NCBI RefSeq assembly: GCF_032444005.1
Contig: NC_091288.1
Span: 223,820,001 to 223,884,000 of the forward strand
Length of the DNA: 64,000 bases
Reading direction: 5' to 3'
From: Ranitomeya imitator
Taxonomy: Eukaryota
The notes beneath the pieces are model-generated. The model was not told where the DNA came from and did no database searches. It worked only from the letters and a program-made list of their open reading frames with translations. The translations under genes and the position numbers were made by a program. Positions 12,174-24,401 of the stretch are shown piece after piece (the stretch's first letter is position 1; the number at the start of each line of letters is the position of its first letter).

Positions 12174-13323
12174 AGCTGGAGTCACACATAATGATATCGT
12201 TAACGATATCATTACAACATCACGCTTTTGGTGATGTAGCAACGATCCCGCTAACGATCTCGTTATGTGTGACAGCGACCAACGATCAGGCCCCTGGTGG
12301 GAGATCGTTGGTCGCTGAGGAATGATCAGGACCATTTTTTGGTTGCTGATCACCCGCAGTCATCGCTGGATCGGCGTGTGTGACGCCGATCTAGCGATGT
12401 GTTCACTTGTAACCAGGGTAAATATCGGGTTACTAAGCGCAGGGCCGCACTTAGTAACCCGATATTTACCCTGGTTACCATTGTAAAAGTTAAAAAAAAA
12501 ACAGTACATACTTACATTCTGATGTCTGTCACGTCCCCCGACGTCCACAGGGTTAAAACTGCTTTCGGCAAGAGCGCTGCTAATGCCCACGCTCCGGCCG
12601 ATAACTTCCCTGCACTGACTGTGTCAGCGCCGGCCGTAAAGCAGAGCACAGCGGTGACGTCACCGCTGTTACTGCCGGCGCTGACACAGTCAGTGCAGGG
12701 AAGCTATCGGCAGCAGCGCGTGCATTAGCAGCGCTCTTGCCGAAAGCAGTTTTAACCCTGTGGACGCCGGCGGGGGACGTGACAGACATCAGAATGTGAG
12801 TATGTAGTGTTTTTTTTTTTACTTTTACAATGGTAACCAGGGCAAATATCAGGTTACTAAGCGCGGCCCTGCACTTAGTAACCCGATGTTTACCCTGGTT
12901 ACCCGGGTGCTGCAGGGGGACTTCGGCATAGTTGAAGACAGTTTCAACGATGCCGAAGTCTTTCCCCGGATCGTTGTTCGCTGGAGAGAGCGGTCTGTGT
13001 GACAGCTCCCCAGCGACCACACAATGACTTACCAACGATCACGGCCAGGTCGTATCGCTGGTCCTGATCATTGGTAAGTCGTTTAGTGTGACTAATATAG
13101 TTAAGTAAATAAGGCAGCACACTGCAGCGCTAGAACATACAAACTTGAAAAATGAAATTTGAACTGCATTACTGCACTAGAAATATGAAAAATGAGAGCT
13201 TTTAGCGCATAAAAATGGCCAATTTTATGTGTACCTGGTATCCCCTTTACGGCATCTCTCTTATACCAGGTCCTACGCTTGCCTTACCTCGCTGAGAATA
13301 AACGTCTCCATCTGAATGGGTAC

Positions 13324-16300
13324 TGTTGTGAATTCTGTTTTGGAACTCCCTCCTGTGGTCATGAGTGGTACTTCGGCGAGTTCTGTCCATGGACTCCCTC
13401 TGGTGGCTGCTGGTTCTAAGGTTCCTTCCACAGGTGACCTGGTTTAGTCTCGGCTGGCTCCTCTATTTAACTCCACCCAGATCGTTACTCCATGCCACCT
13501 GTCAATGTTCCAGTACTGGTTCAGTTCGCTCTTGGATCTTTCTGGTGACCTGTCTACTCCAGCAGAAGCTAAGTCCCTGCTAGTTTATTTTGTTGTTCTT
13601 GTTTTCTTGTCCAGCTTGCTAATATGATTCTGTCTGGCTAGCTGGAAGCTCTGGGATGCAGAGTGGCACCTCCACACCGTGAGTCGGTGCGGGGGTCTTT
13701 TTGCACACTCTGCGTGGTCTTTTGTAGTTTTTTGTGCTGACCGCAAAGTTACCTTTTCTATCCTCTGTCTGTTTAGGTAGTCTGGCCTCCCTTTGCTGAA
13801 ACCTCTTTCATTCCTGTGTTTGTGTATTTCATCTTAACTCACAGGCAATATTTGTGGGGGGCTGCCTTTTCCTTTGGGGAATTTCTCTGAGGCAAGGTAG
13901 GCATTACTTTCTATCTCTAGGGGTAGCTAGCCCTTAGGCTGTGTCGAGGCGTCTAGGCCTGTTAGGTATGCTCCACGGCTATTTCTAGTGTGTGTGATAG
14001 GATTAGGGATTGCGGTCAGCAGAGTTCCCACATCCCAGAGCTTGTCGTGTGTTACTTTACCCATCAGGTCTTTCCGGGTGCTCCTAACCACCAGGCCCAT
14101 AACAGTACAGGTGGCCCAAAGTGTTAATGCATCTCAATAGAGGGATAAGAGAAGTTCTGAGACCATTTTTTTTTCTCTGCAGTGTGTTTTGTTTTTCTTT
14201 TCCCCTTTACCTCTGGGTGGTTCAGGACACAGGTGTAGATATGGACATTCAAGGTCTGTCCTCTTGTGTGGATCATCTCACTAGAAGGGTACAAAGCATT
14301 CAAGATTTTGTAGTTCGGAATCCAATGTTAGAGCCTAGAATTCCAATTCCTGATTTGTTTTCTGGGGATAGATCTAAGTTCCTGAATTTCAAAAATAATT
14401 GTAAACTGTTTCTTGCTTTGAAACCCCGCTCCTCTGGTGACCCAGTTCAACAAGTAAAAATCATTATTTCTTTGTTAGGTGGTGATCCTCAAGACTGGGC
14501 ATTTTCCCTTGCGCCAGGAGATCCTGCATTGCGTGATGTAGATGCGTTTTTTCTGGCGCTTGGATTGCTTTATGATGAACCAAATTTAGTGGATCAGGCA
14601 GAGAAAAACTTGCTGGCTTTGTGTCAGGGTCAGGATGAAGCTGAGGTATATTGTCAGAAGTTTAGAAAGTGGTCTGTGCTTACTCAGTGGAATGAGTGTG
14701 CCCTGGCGGAAATTTTCAGAAAAGGTCTTTCTGAAGCCCTTAAGGATGCTATGGTGGGATTTCCCACGCCTGCTGGTCTGAATGAGTCTATGTCCTTGGC
14801 CATTCAGATCGATCGGCGCTTGCGTGGTCGCAAAGCTGTGCACCATTTGGCGGTATTCTCTGAGCATAGGTCTGAGCCTATGCAATGTGATAGGACTTTG
14901 ACCAGAGCTGAACGGCAAGAACACAGACGTCAGAATGGGCTGTGTTTTTACTGTGGTGACTCCGCTCAAGCTATCTCTGATTGTCCTAAGCGCACTAAGC
15001 GGTTCGCTAGGTCTGCCACCATTGGTACGGTACAGCCTAAATTTCTTTTGTCCATTACTCTGATTTGCTCTTTGTCGTCCTATTCTGTTATGGCATTTGT
15101 GGATTCAGGCGCTGCCCTGAATTTGATGGACTTGGAGTTTGCCAGGCGCTGTGGGTTTTTCTTGGAGCCCTTGCAGTGTCCTATTCCATTGAGAGGAATT
15201 GATGCTACGCCTTTGGCCAAGAATAAGCCTCAGTACTGGACTCAATTGACCATGTGCATGGCTCCTGCACATCAGGAGGATATTCGCTTTTTGGTGTTGC
15301 ATAATCTGCATGATGTGGTCGTTTTGGGGTTGCCATGGCTACAGGTCCATAACCCAGTATTGGACTGGAAATCTATGTCTGTGTCCAGCTGGGGTTGCCA
15401 GGGGGTACATGGTGATGTTCCATTGCTGTCAATTTCGTCTTCCTCTCCTTCTGAAGTTCCTGAGTTTTTGTCGGATTACCGGGATGTATTTGATGAGCCC
15501 AAGTCCGGTGCCCTACCTCCTCATAGGGATTGTGATTGTGCTATTAATTTGATTCCTGGTAGTAAGTTTCCTAAGGGCCGACTGTTTAATTTATCTGTGC
15601 CAGAACACGCCGCTATGCGGAGTTATATAAAGGAGTCCTTGGAGAAAGGGCATATTCGCCCGTCGTCGTCACCGTTGGGAGCAGGCTTCTTTTTTGTGGC
15701 CAAGAAGGATGGGTCTTTGAGACCTTGTATTGATTACCGCCTTCTTAATAAGATCACGGTCAAATTTCAGTACCCCTTGCCGCTACTCTCTGATTTGTTT
15801 GCTCGGATTAAGGGGGCTAGTTGGTTCACCAAGATAGATCTTCGAGGGGCGTATAATCTTGTGCGTATTAAACAGGGCGATGAATGGAAAACAGCATGTA
15901 ATACGCTCGAGGGCCATTTTGAGTACCTGGTGATGCCATTCGGGCTTTCTAATGCTCCATCTGTGTTTCAGTCCTTTATGCATGACATCTTCCGAGAGTA
16001 TCTGGATAGATTCATGATTGTATATTTGGATGATATTTTGGTCTTTTCAGATGATTGGGAGTCTCATGTGAGGCAGGTCAGAATGGTGTTCCAGGTCCTT
16101 CGTGCTAATTCCTTGTTTGTGAAGGGGTCTAAATGTCTCTTTGGAGTTCAGAAGGTTTCATTTTTGGGTTTCATTTTTTCCCCTTCTACTATCGAGATGG
16201 ACCCTGTTAAAGTTCAGGCCATTTATGACTGGACTCAACCTACATCTGTGAAGAGTCTGCAGAAGTTCCTGGGCTTTGCTAATTTTTACCATCGCTTCAT

Positions 16301-19085
16301 CGCTAATTTTTCTAGTGTTGTTAAACCGTTGACTGATTTGACCAAGAAAGGTGCTGATGTAGTCAATTGGTCTTCTGCGTCCGTTGAGGCTTTTCAGGAG
16401 TTGAAGCGGCATTTTTCTTCTGCCCCTGTGTTGTGCCAGCCAGATGTTTTGCTCCCGTTTCAGGTCGAGGTTGATGCTTCTGAGATTGGAGCGGGGGCTG
16501 TTTTGTCTCAGAGAAGTTCTGATGGCTCGGTGATGAAACCATGTGCTTTCTTTTCTAGAAAGTTTTCGCCTGCCGAGTGTAATTATGATGTTGGCAACCG
16601 AGAGTTGTTGGCTATGAAGTGGGCATTCGAGGAGTGGCGACATTGGCTTGAAGGAGCCAAGCATCGCGTGGTGGTCTTGACGGATCACAAGAATTTGACT
16701 TATCTCGAGTCTGCCAAACGGTTGAATTCTAGACAGGCTCGATGGTCGCTGTTTTTCTCCCGTTTTGATTTTGTGGTTTCTTACCTTCCGGGCTCTAAGA
16801 ATGTGAAGGCTGATGCCCTTTCAAGGAGTTTTGTGCCTGACTCTCCGGATGCTCCTGAGCCGGCTGGTATTCGGGGTAATTTTGTCTGCCATCTCCCCTG
16901 ATTTGCGGCGGGTGCTGCAGAAGTTTCAGGCTGATAGACCTGACCGTTGTCCAGCGGAGAAGCTGTTTGTCCCTGATAGATGGACTAGTAGAGTTATCTC
17001 TGAGGTTCATTGTTCGGTGTTAGCTGGTCATCCCGGAATCTTTGGTACCAGAGATTTGGTGGCTAGATCCTTTTGGTGGCCTTCCTTGTCACGGGATGTG
17101 CGTTCTTTTGTGCAGTCCTGTGGGACTTGTGCTCGGGCTAAGCCCTGCTGTTCTCGTGCCAGTGGGTTGCTTTTGCCCTTGCCGGTCCCGAAGAGGCCCT
17201 GGACGCATATTTCCATGGATTTTATTTCAGACCTCCCTATCTCTCAAAGGATGTCGGTCATCTGGGTGGTTTGTGATCGCTTCTCTAAGATGGTCCATTT
17301 GGTACCCTTGTCTAAATTGCCTTCCTCCTCTGATTTTGTGCCATTATTTTTCCAGCATGTGGTTCGTTTGCATGGCATTCCGGAGAACATCGTCTCGGAC
17401 AGAGGTTCCCAGTTTGTTTCGAGGTTTTGGCGGTCCTTTTGTGCTAAGATGGGCATTGATTTGTCTTTTTCTTCGGCTTTCCATCCTCAGACAAATGGCC
17501 AAACCGAACGAACCAATCAGACTTTGGAAACATATCTGAGATGCTTTGTTTCTGCTGATCAGGATGATTGGGTGTCTTTCTTGCCTTTGGCTGAGTTCGC
17601 CCTTAATAATCGGGCCAGCTCGGCTACTTTGGTTTTGCCTTTTTTCTGTAATTCTGGTTTCCATCCTCGTTTTTCTTCAGGGCAGGTTGAGCCTTCGGAC
17701 TGTCCTGGTGTGGATTCTGTGGTGGAAAGGTTGCAGCAAATTTGGACTCACGTAGTGGACAATTTGACATTGTCCCAGGAGAAGGCTCAACGTTTCGCTA
17801 ACCGCCGTCGCTGTGTTGGTCCCCGACTTTGTGTTGGGGATTTGGTTTGGTTGTCGTCTCGTTATGTTCCTATGAAGGTTTCCTCTCCTAAGTTTAAGCC
17901 TCGTTTCATTGGTCCTCATAAGATTTCTGAAGTTCTTAATCCTGTGTCATTTCGTTTGGACCTTCCAGCTTCTTTTGCCATCCATAATGTGTTCCATAGG
18001 TCATGGTTGCGGAGATACGTGGCGCCTATGGTTCCCTCTGTTGACCCTCCTGCCCCGGTGTTGGTCGAGGGGGAGTTGGAGTATGTGGTGGAGAAGATTT
18101 TAGATTCTCGTATTTCGAGACGGAAACTCCAGTACCTGGTCAAGTGGAAGGGTTATGGTCAGGAAGATAATTCCTGGGTTGTTGCCTCTGATGTTCATGC
18201 TGCTGATCTGGTTCGTGCCTTTCATTTGGCTCGTCCTGATCGGCCTAGGGGTTCTGGTGAGGGTTCAGTGACCCCTCCTCAAGGGGGGGTACTGTTGTGA
18301 ATTCTGTTTTGGAACTCCCTCCTGTGGTCATGAGTGGTACTTCGGCGAGTTCTGTCCATGGACTCCCTCTGGTGGCTGTGAGTGGAGCTGCTGGTTCTAA
18401 GGTTCCTTCCACAGGTGACCTGGTTTAGTCTTGGCTGGCTCCTCTATTTAACTCCACCCAGATCGTTACTCCATGCCACCTGTCAATGTTCCAGTACTGG
18501 TTCGGTTCACTCTTGGATCTTTCTGGTGACCTGTCTACTCCAGCAGAAGCTAAGTCCCTGCTAGTTTATTTTGTTGTTCTTGTTTTCTTGTCCAGCTTGC
18601 TAATATGATTCTGTCTGGCTAGCTGGAAGCTCTGGGATGCAGAGTGGCACCTCCGCACTGTGAGTCGGTGCGGGGGTCTTTTTGCACACTCTGCGTGGTC
18701 TTTTGCAGTTTTTTGTGCTGACCGCAAAGTTACCTTTTCTATCCTCTGTCTGTTTAGGTAGTCTGGCCTCCCTTTGCTGAAACCTCTTTCATTCCTGTGT
18801 TTGTGTATTTCATCTTAACTCACAGTCAATATTTGTGGGGGACTGCCTTTTCCTTTGGGGAATTTCTCTGAGGCAAGGTAGGCATTACTTTCTATCTCTA
18901 GGGGTAGCTAGCCCTTAGGCTGTGTCGAGGCGTCTAGGCCTGTTAGGTACGCTCCACGGCTATTTCTAGTGTGTGTGATAGGATTAGGGATTGCGGTAAG
19001 AAGAGTTCCCACATCCCAGAGCTTGTCCTGTGTTACTTTACCCATCAGGTCTTTCCGGGTGCTCCTAACCACCAGGTCCATAACA
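13324..19085 (+). mobile_element. Ty3/Gypsy chromovirus LTR retrotransposon (Gypsy-1), full length
   Basis: LTRs at 13324-14104 and 18293-19085 (TGTTGTG...CATAACA; roughly 98% identical by eye, one 12-bp indel). PPT aagggggggtac lies before the 3' LTR. Direct repeat gggtac on both flanks. Confidence 0.98.
14241..18300 (+). pseudogene. Gypsy-1 gag-pol (Gag, protease, RT, RNase H, integrase, chromodomain) with one frameshift
   Basis: CFYCGDSAQAISDC knuckle (His replaced by Gln), FVDSGA protease, YLDDIL RT, RNase H, GHPG..CGTC, SMDF/SDRG/QTE integrase, EYVVEKILD..YLVKWKGY chromodomain. An 8-bp deletion near 16872 relative to Gypsy-2 shifts the frame. Confidence 0.95.
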
Positions 19086-19890
19086 GGGTACATGTGAAAC
19101 CTCTTCCTAGACCAAAATTCTCTCTCTCTGTGGGGGGTATCGGACCTGCTGTAATTAAAACACCTGAAGCTAGGAGGCGGAGTGCACGATCAGAAGGCTA
19201 GAGAATACATTTCAAAAACCTGACCGGCACATCCAAACATATACTCAGTGTGAACAGGTGCTGAACCTAGAGTCGCCAACTTGTATATATTTAAGTAAAT
19301 AAGGCAGCACACTGCAGCGCTAGAACATACAAACTTGAAAAACGAAATTTGAACTGCATTACTGCACTAGAAATATGAAAAATGAGAGCTTTTAGCGCAT
19401 AAAAATGGCCAATTTTATGTGTACCTGGTAGCCCCTTTACGGCATCTCTCTTATACCAGGTCCTACGCTTGCCTAACCTCGCTGAGAATAAACGTCTCCA
19501 TCTGAATGGGTACATGTGAAACCTCTTCCTAGACCAAAATTCTCTCTCTCTGTGGAGGGGTATCGGACCTGCTGTGATTATTCTCAGCGAGGTAAGGCAA
19601 GCGTAGGACCTGGTATAAGAGAGATTCCGTAAAGGGGCTACCAGGTACACATAAAATTGGCCATTTTTATGCGCTAAAAGCTCTAATTTTTCATATTTCT
19701 AGTGCAGTAATGCAGTTCAAATTTCGTTTTTCAAGTTTGTATGTTCTAGCGCTGCAGTGTGCTGCCTTATTTACTGAACTATATACGAGTTGGCGACTCT
19801 AGGTTCAGCACCTGTTCACACTGAGTCTATGTTTGGATGTACCGGTCAGGTTTTTGAAATGTTTTTGAAAAGTTTAGTGTGACTAAAGCT

Positions 19891-20718
19891 TAACTCCCAG
19901 ACTTTCACTAACTTCTAACTCCCAGAATCTCACTAACTTCTAACTCTCAGACTTTCACTAACTTCTAACTCTCAGACTTTCACTAACTTCTAACTCCCAG
20001 AATCTCACTAACTTCTAACTCCCAGACTTTCACTAACTTCTAACTCCCAGAATCTCACTAACTTCTATCTCCCAGACTCTCACTAACTTCTAACTCCCAG
20101 ACTTTCACTAACTTCTAACTCCCAGAATCTCACTAACTTCTAACTCCCAGACTTTCACTAACTTCTAACTCCCAGAATCTCACTAACTTCTAACTCCCAG
20201 AATTTCACTAACTTCTAACTCCCAGAATTTCACTAACTTCTAACTCCCAGACTTTCACTAACTTCTAACTCTCAGACTTTCACTAACTTCTAACTCTCAG
20301 ACTTTCACTAACTTCTATCTCCCAGACTCTCACTAACTTCTAACTCCCAGACTCTCACTAACTTGTAACTTCGAAACTTTCACTAACTTCTAACTTCCAA
20401 ACTTTCACTAACTTCTAACTCCCAGACTCTCACTAACTTCTAACTCCCAGACTCTCACTAACTTCTAACTCCCAGAATCTCACTAACTTCTAACTCCCAG
20501 ACTGTCACTAACTTCTAACTCCCAGACTGTCACTAACTTCTAACTCCCAGAATCTCACTAACTTCTAACTCCCAGACTGTCACTAACTTCTAACTCCCAG
20601 AATCTCACTAACTTCTAACTCCCAGACTGTCACTAACTTCTAACTCCCAGACTCTCTCTAACTTCTAACTCCCAGACTCTCACTAACTTCTAACTCCCAG
20701 ACTTTCACTAACTTCTAA
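19891..20718. repeat. 25-bp minisatellite, right part, about 33 copies
   Basis: Same unit as 10044-12173, resuming in register after the MITE end. Confidence 0.97.
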
Positions 20719-21128
20719 AGGTACCGTCACACTTAGCGACGCTGCAGCGATACCGACAACGATCCGGATCGCTGCAGCGTCGCTGTTTGGTCGCTGGAGA
20801 GCTGTCACACAGACAGCTCTCCAGCGACCAACGATCCCGAGGTCCCCGGTAACCAGGGTAAACATCGGGTAACTAAGTGCAGGGCCGCGCTTAGTAACCC
20901 GATGTTTACCCTGGTTACCAGCGTAAAAAAACAAACAGTACATACTTACATTCAGCTGTCTGTCCCTTGCCGTCTGGTTCCTGCACTGACTGCTGGCCGT
21001 AAAGTGAAAGTGAAAGCACAGCACAGCAGGGGCCTGATCGTTGCTGCCTGTCACACTGGACGATATCGCTAGCGAGGACGCTGCAACGTCACGGATTGCT
21101 AGCGATATCGTCTAGTGTGACGGTACCT
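20719..21128. mobile_element. PIF/Harbinger-type MITE, 410 bp
   Basis: Perfect 14-bp TIR aggtaccgtcacac / gtgtgacggtacct; TAA duplicated at 20716-20718 and 21129-21131; shares the internal gtaaccagggtaaa hairpin with the first MITE. Confidence 0.9.
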
Positions 21129-21876
21129 TAACTCCCGTACTTTTTTACTTTTCCTGTATGCAGTTTTGTGGGGTCTTACTTTATTATGTGCTAACATCTT
21201 AGTTTGCCATCTTAGGTGCATAACATTTTTCGATCACTTTTAAATTCATTTTTGTGAGGCTGTATAAGCAAAATCCATCAATTCTGTAATAGTTTTTTAT
21301 ATTTTTATTCTTACATCGTGCACCATGTAGAATAAGCAGTGATGTCGTTTTTTAGTTCAGGTCAATAGTTACATAGATATCCAGCTTCTATCATTTTTGT
21401 ACATTTTAATACTTTTGCACAACAAAATCACTTTTTGCCACCATTTTTATTGGGATAATTGCTGAGAGCCAGAACTTTTGTTATTTTTTTCAGTTACAGA
21501 GATGTATGAGGGCGTGGTTTCTACATAGTAAGTTGTCGATTTATTGGTACCATTGATAGTGCTTGTACCGGTGAGAACACAGGTCCTCGCAGTCCCATTG
21601 GAGCCTGGCTGTGTGTGGCAGAGGGATACTGGCAGCTGACCACATCGGGACAGAGCTGCACCATGCAATTCACATGACACACATACCCGTTTTGGAGCAC
21701 AAAGCCACCAGTGCTCATCATTGATATATCCATCATACAGCATTAGGAACTTAATGGGAACGTGTTCTTTCCATGTTTTTCACACATAAAACATGAATGA
21801 GTCCTAAGATGAAGAAGAAACCAGGATTTTGCCTTCAGAAAGTTCTTGTTTTTTCATTCGGGTTCTCTCTCGCACA

Positions 21877-22818
21877 TTAATGTAAGGTCATTCTCAGATT
21901 GAGTTTCCTGATGGCGTTCTTCATTTCTTTATTCTTCAGACTGTAGATCAGGGGGTTGATGGTCGGGATTATCACACAGTAGGACAGAGCCAACATCCTG
22001 TCCTCATAAGGAGAAAATGGATTGTCCAATCGAAGGTGAACAAACATGGCGGCTCCAAAGAAAATAATAACAGAGACCAGATGAGAACCACAGGTAACAA
22101 AAGCTTTATGACGAGACTCTGCAGAACGGAGGCGGAATATTGAGTTCAGGATCTTGATATAAGAGCAGATTATTAATATAGTTGGGAACACGGTCGCAAC
22201 TATAGACACAACTAATTGATACATCTTGACCATATATGTGTTGGCACAAGCTATTGTCATCATTGGAGGAACGTCACAGAAGAAATGAGCAATAACATGA
22301 GATCTGCAATACGGCAAATTGTACATCATAACACATTCAATGGTTGCATTCCCAATTGCAAACACAGATATACAAAGTGTCACCCGATAACAAAAGCTGA
22401 CAGACAACACAGACCTGTATCTGAGGGGGTGACATATGGCCGTGTAGCGGTCAAACGCCATCACTGTGAGTATGGCACATTCATAACCAGCAGTAGCTAT
22501 AAATATAAAGAACTGCAGGAGGCAGCTAAACGTGGAGATGGTCCTTCCTAACGGGATGTAGCTGTGAAGAGCCTTAGGAACCGTGGAATTGATGGACACA
22601 AGCTCAGTGAATGACAAAACCTTCAGGAAATAATACATTGGAGAATGGAGTCGAGGACTGAGAGTGACTGCCACAATAATGAGACCATTGCCAACCAACG
22701 AGAGAAGATAAGAAAGAAGAAAGAAAATAAATAAAGACACCTGGGACATAGGAGACAAATCTGAGAACCCAAGAAGAATAAACGTTGTCCCATTACTGGG
22801 AGTCTCTCTTCTCTTCAT
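21877..22818 (-). CDS. Olfactory receptor, class II, 313 aa, intact (OR-B), paralog of OR-A
   Basis: Same OR motifs (LHSPMYYFL, MAFDRYTAICHPLRY, HFFCDVPP, KAFVTCGSHL, PTINPLIYSLKN); ATG at 22818, TAA at 21877. Confidence 0.97.
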   Translation of the reverse strand: MKRRETPSNGTTFILLGFSDLSPMSQVSLFIFFLLSYLLSLVGNGLIIVAVTLSPRLHSPMYYFLKVLSFTELVSINSTVPKALHSYIPLGRTISTFSCLLQFFIFIATAGYECAILTVMAFDRYTAICHPLRYRSVLSVSFCYRVTLCISVFAIGNATIECVMMYNLPYCRSHVIAHFFCDVPPMMTIACANTYMVKMYQLVVSIVATVFPTILIICSYIKILNSIFRLRSAESRHKAFVTCGSHLVSVIIFFGAAMFVHLRLDNPFSPYEDRMLALSYCVIIPTINPLIYSLKNKEMKNAIRKLNLRMTLH

Positions 22819-23874
22819 CTTCTTGTAGGAGATGGACTCTTTTTACCAACACATAAGTCAACAGTTTAAATCTGCCGCACCCTATTGGGTTTAGCACCAG
22901 GTATTGGTTGTATAGCACCAGATAAGGTCTATATTCTGCAGTGATTGGACAGTGGTTGTGTGGCAGGAGATTAAGAGATTGTACAGATGTCGGGACAGGA
23001 AACCTCCAGAAGAGACGCCTCAGATCTCCTAACCTGTCGTTACCTGCAAGACAATTAAATGGAAGATGGTGGGAGAAGGAAGTGAACTGTTTCACCATCT
23101 GTGATGACATTTTGGGATGCTGGGACATTTCGGGAACAGAAAATCTCTCTTTACTTCTGTTTAGTTGCTATGAACAAGGTACAATGGAGACTCAGAAGAA
23201 AGAGAAGGAAGCAACACTCAGTGTAAATGGTCCATGATGTGACCCACCACACCAGCTCTCCCCAAATGTCAATGTGATGTGTGTTTGGTCTACGTGGTCA
23301 TATGTACGTGCGTGCTCCCTACTTTATCCATCTGCGGATCCCTATGTTAGTCCGGGGTCCTGCGTATCTAATCTAAAGGTTGTCACATGCTAATCTTTCC
23401 TCATAATGGACGTCGTGCCATGTTCAGTGCAGCACAGGGTAATGGTTGGAGAGTGGTTGTTGGGAGTTTGTGCCTGCAGATAAGCTTGTGTAATTTCATG
23501 GACGTGTCCCTTAGAAGCTCGGATCTTTAAGCTTGGTCAATGGGAACTTAAAGACGTCCTCGATATTCACGCGGAGCTGCCATGAAGTGGCATGTTGTGA
23601 TGAATTTGGAGAAATCCTTTGCTGTATTAGTTGTGTTCAGCTGTTCAGTGTTTTTGTTACTTTACTGTAAAGAGCAGAAAGTTTTGTACATTTTGCTAAT
23701 AATCTGAATTTACAATGGGAGTAGGTGAATAGCTTTGTCTGCCCCTGTATTCCAGGTCTCCATGTCTGGTGCTGCCTCGTGCTCCTTTGTGATCACTTCT
23801 GTATTTCACTAGCAGCTGCTTAATCTTTGTGATGTCTTCAATCTCTTCATTAACCTTATGTGAGCAGGTGACAA

Positions 23875-24401
23875 CAGCTCCCAGCGGGGGGCAGGAACCT
23901 CTGCTGCCATGTATGCCTCCTAGGCTGACTCCAGCATGTCCGGCAGGGGACAGGAAACTCTGCTGCCATGCATGCCTCCTAGGCTGACTCCAGCATGTCC
24001 GGCAGGGGGCAGGAACATCTGCTGCCATGTATGCCTCCTAGGCTGACTCCAGCATGTCCGGCAGGGGGCAGGAACATCTGCTGCCATTTATGCCTCCTAG
24101 GCTGACTCCAGCATGTCCAACAGGGGGCAGGAACATCTGCTGCCATGTATGCCTCCTAGGCTGACTCCAGCATGTCCGGCAGGGGGCAGGAACCTCTGCT
24201 GCCATGTATGCCTCCTAGGCTGACTCCAGCATGTCCGGCAGGGGGCAGGAACATCTACTGCCATGTATGCCTCCTAGGCTGACTCCAGCATGTCCAACAG
24301 GGGGCAGGAACATCTGCTGCCATGTATGCCTCCTAGGCTGACTCCAGCATGTCCGGCAGGGGGCAGGAACATCTCCTGCCATGTGTGCTTCCTAGGCTGA
24401 C
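23875..24401. repeat. 59-bp satellite, left part, about 9 copies
   Basis: Unit ggctgactccagcatgtccggcagggggcaggaacatctgctgccatgtatgcctccta; period 59 (23921 and 23980). Confidence 0.98.

Larger units (their letters stand above)
13096..19871. mobile_element. Non-autonomous Penelope-like (TPRT-type) element: 422-bp unit repeated about 1.7 times head-to-tail plus a 294-bp inverted arm; interrupted by Gypsy-1
   Basis: 15-bp target duplication gtttagtgtgactaa (13081-13095 and 19872-19886). The unit starting at 13096 recurs at 19286. 19578-19871 is the reverse complement of part of the unit. No coding capacity. The superfamily call is inferred from architecture only. Confidence 0.65.
12174..19890. 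mobile_element. PIF/Harbinger-type palindromic MITE (body 12174-13095 plus end 19872-19890), split by later insertions
   Basis: TIRs agctggagtcacac / gtgtgactaaagct (2 mismatches); TAA duplicated at 12171-12173 and 19891-19893; internal palindrome of about 250-bp arms centred at 12658/12659. Confidence 0.8.

Noticed and set aside
13230-13323. HDV-like, twister or hammerhead fold within the 422-bp element
   Set aside because: Partial resemblances (ccag-gtcctacg-cttg; ctgaatgg..gaaac) fail the required P1.1, P3 or core pairings.
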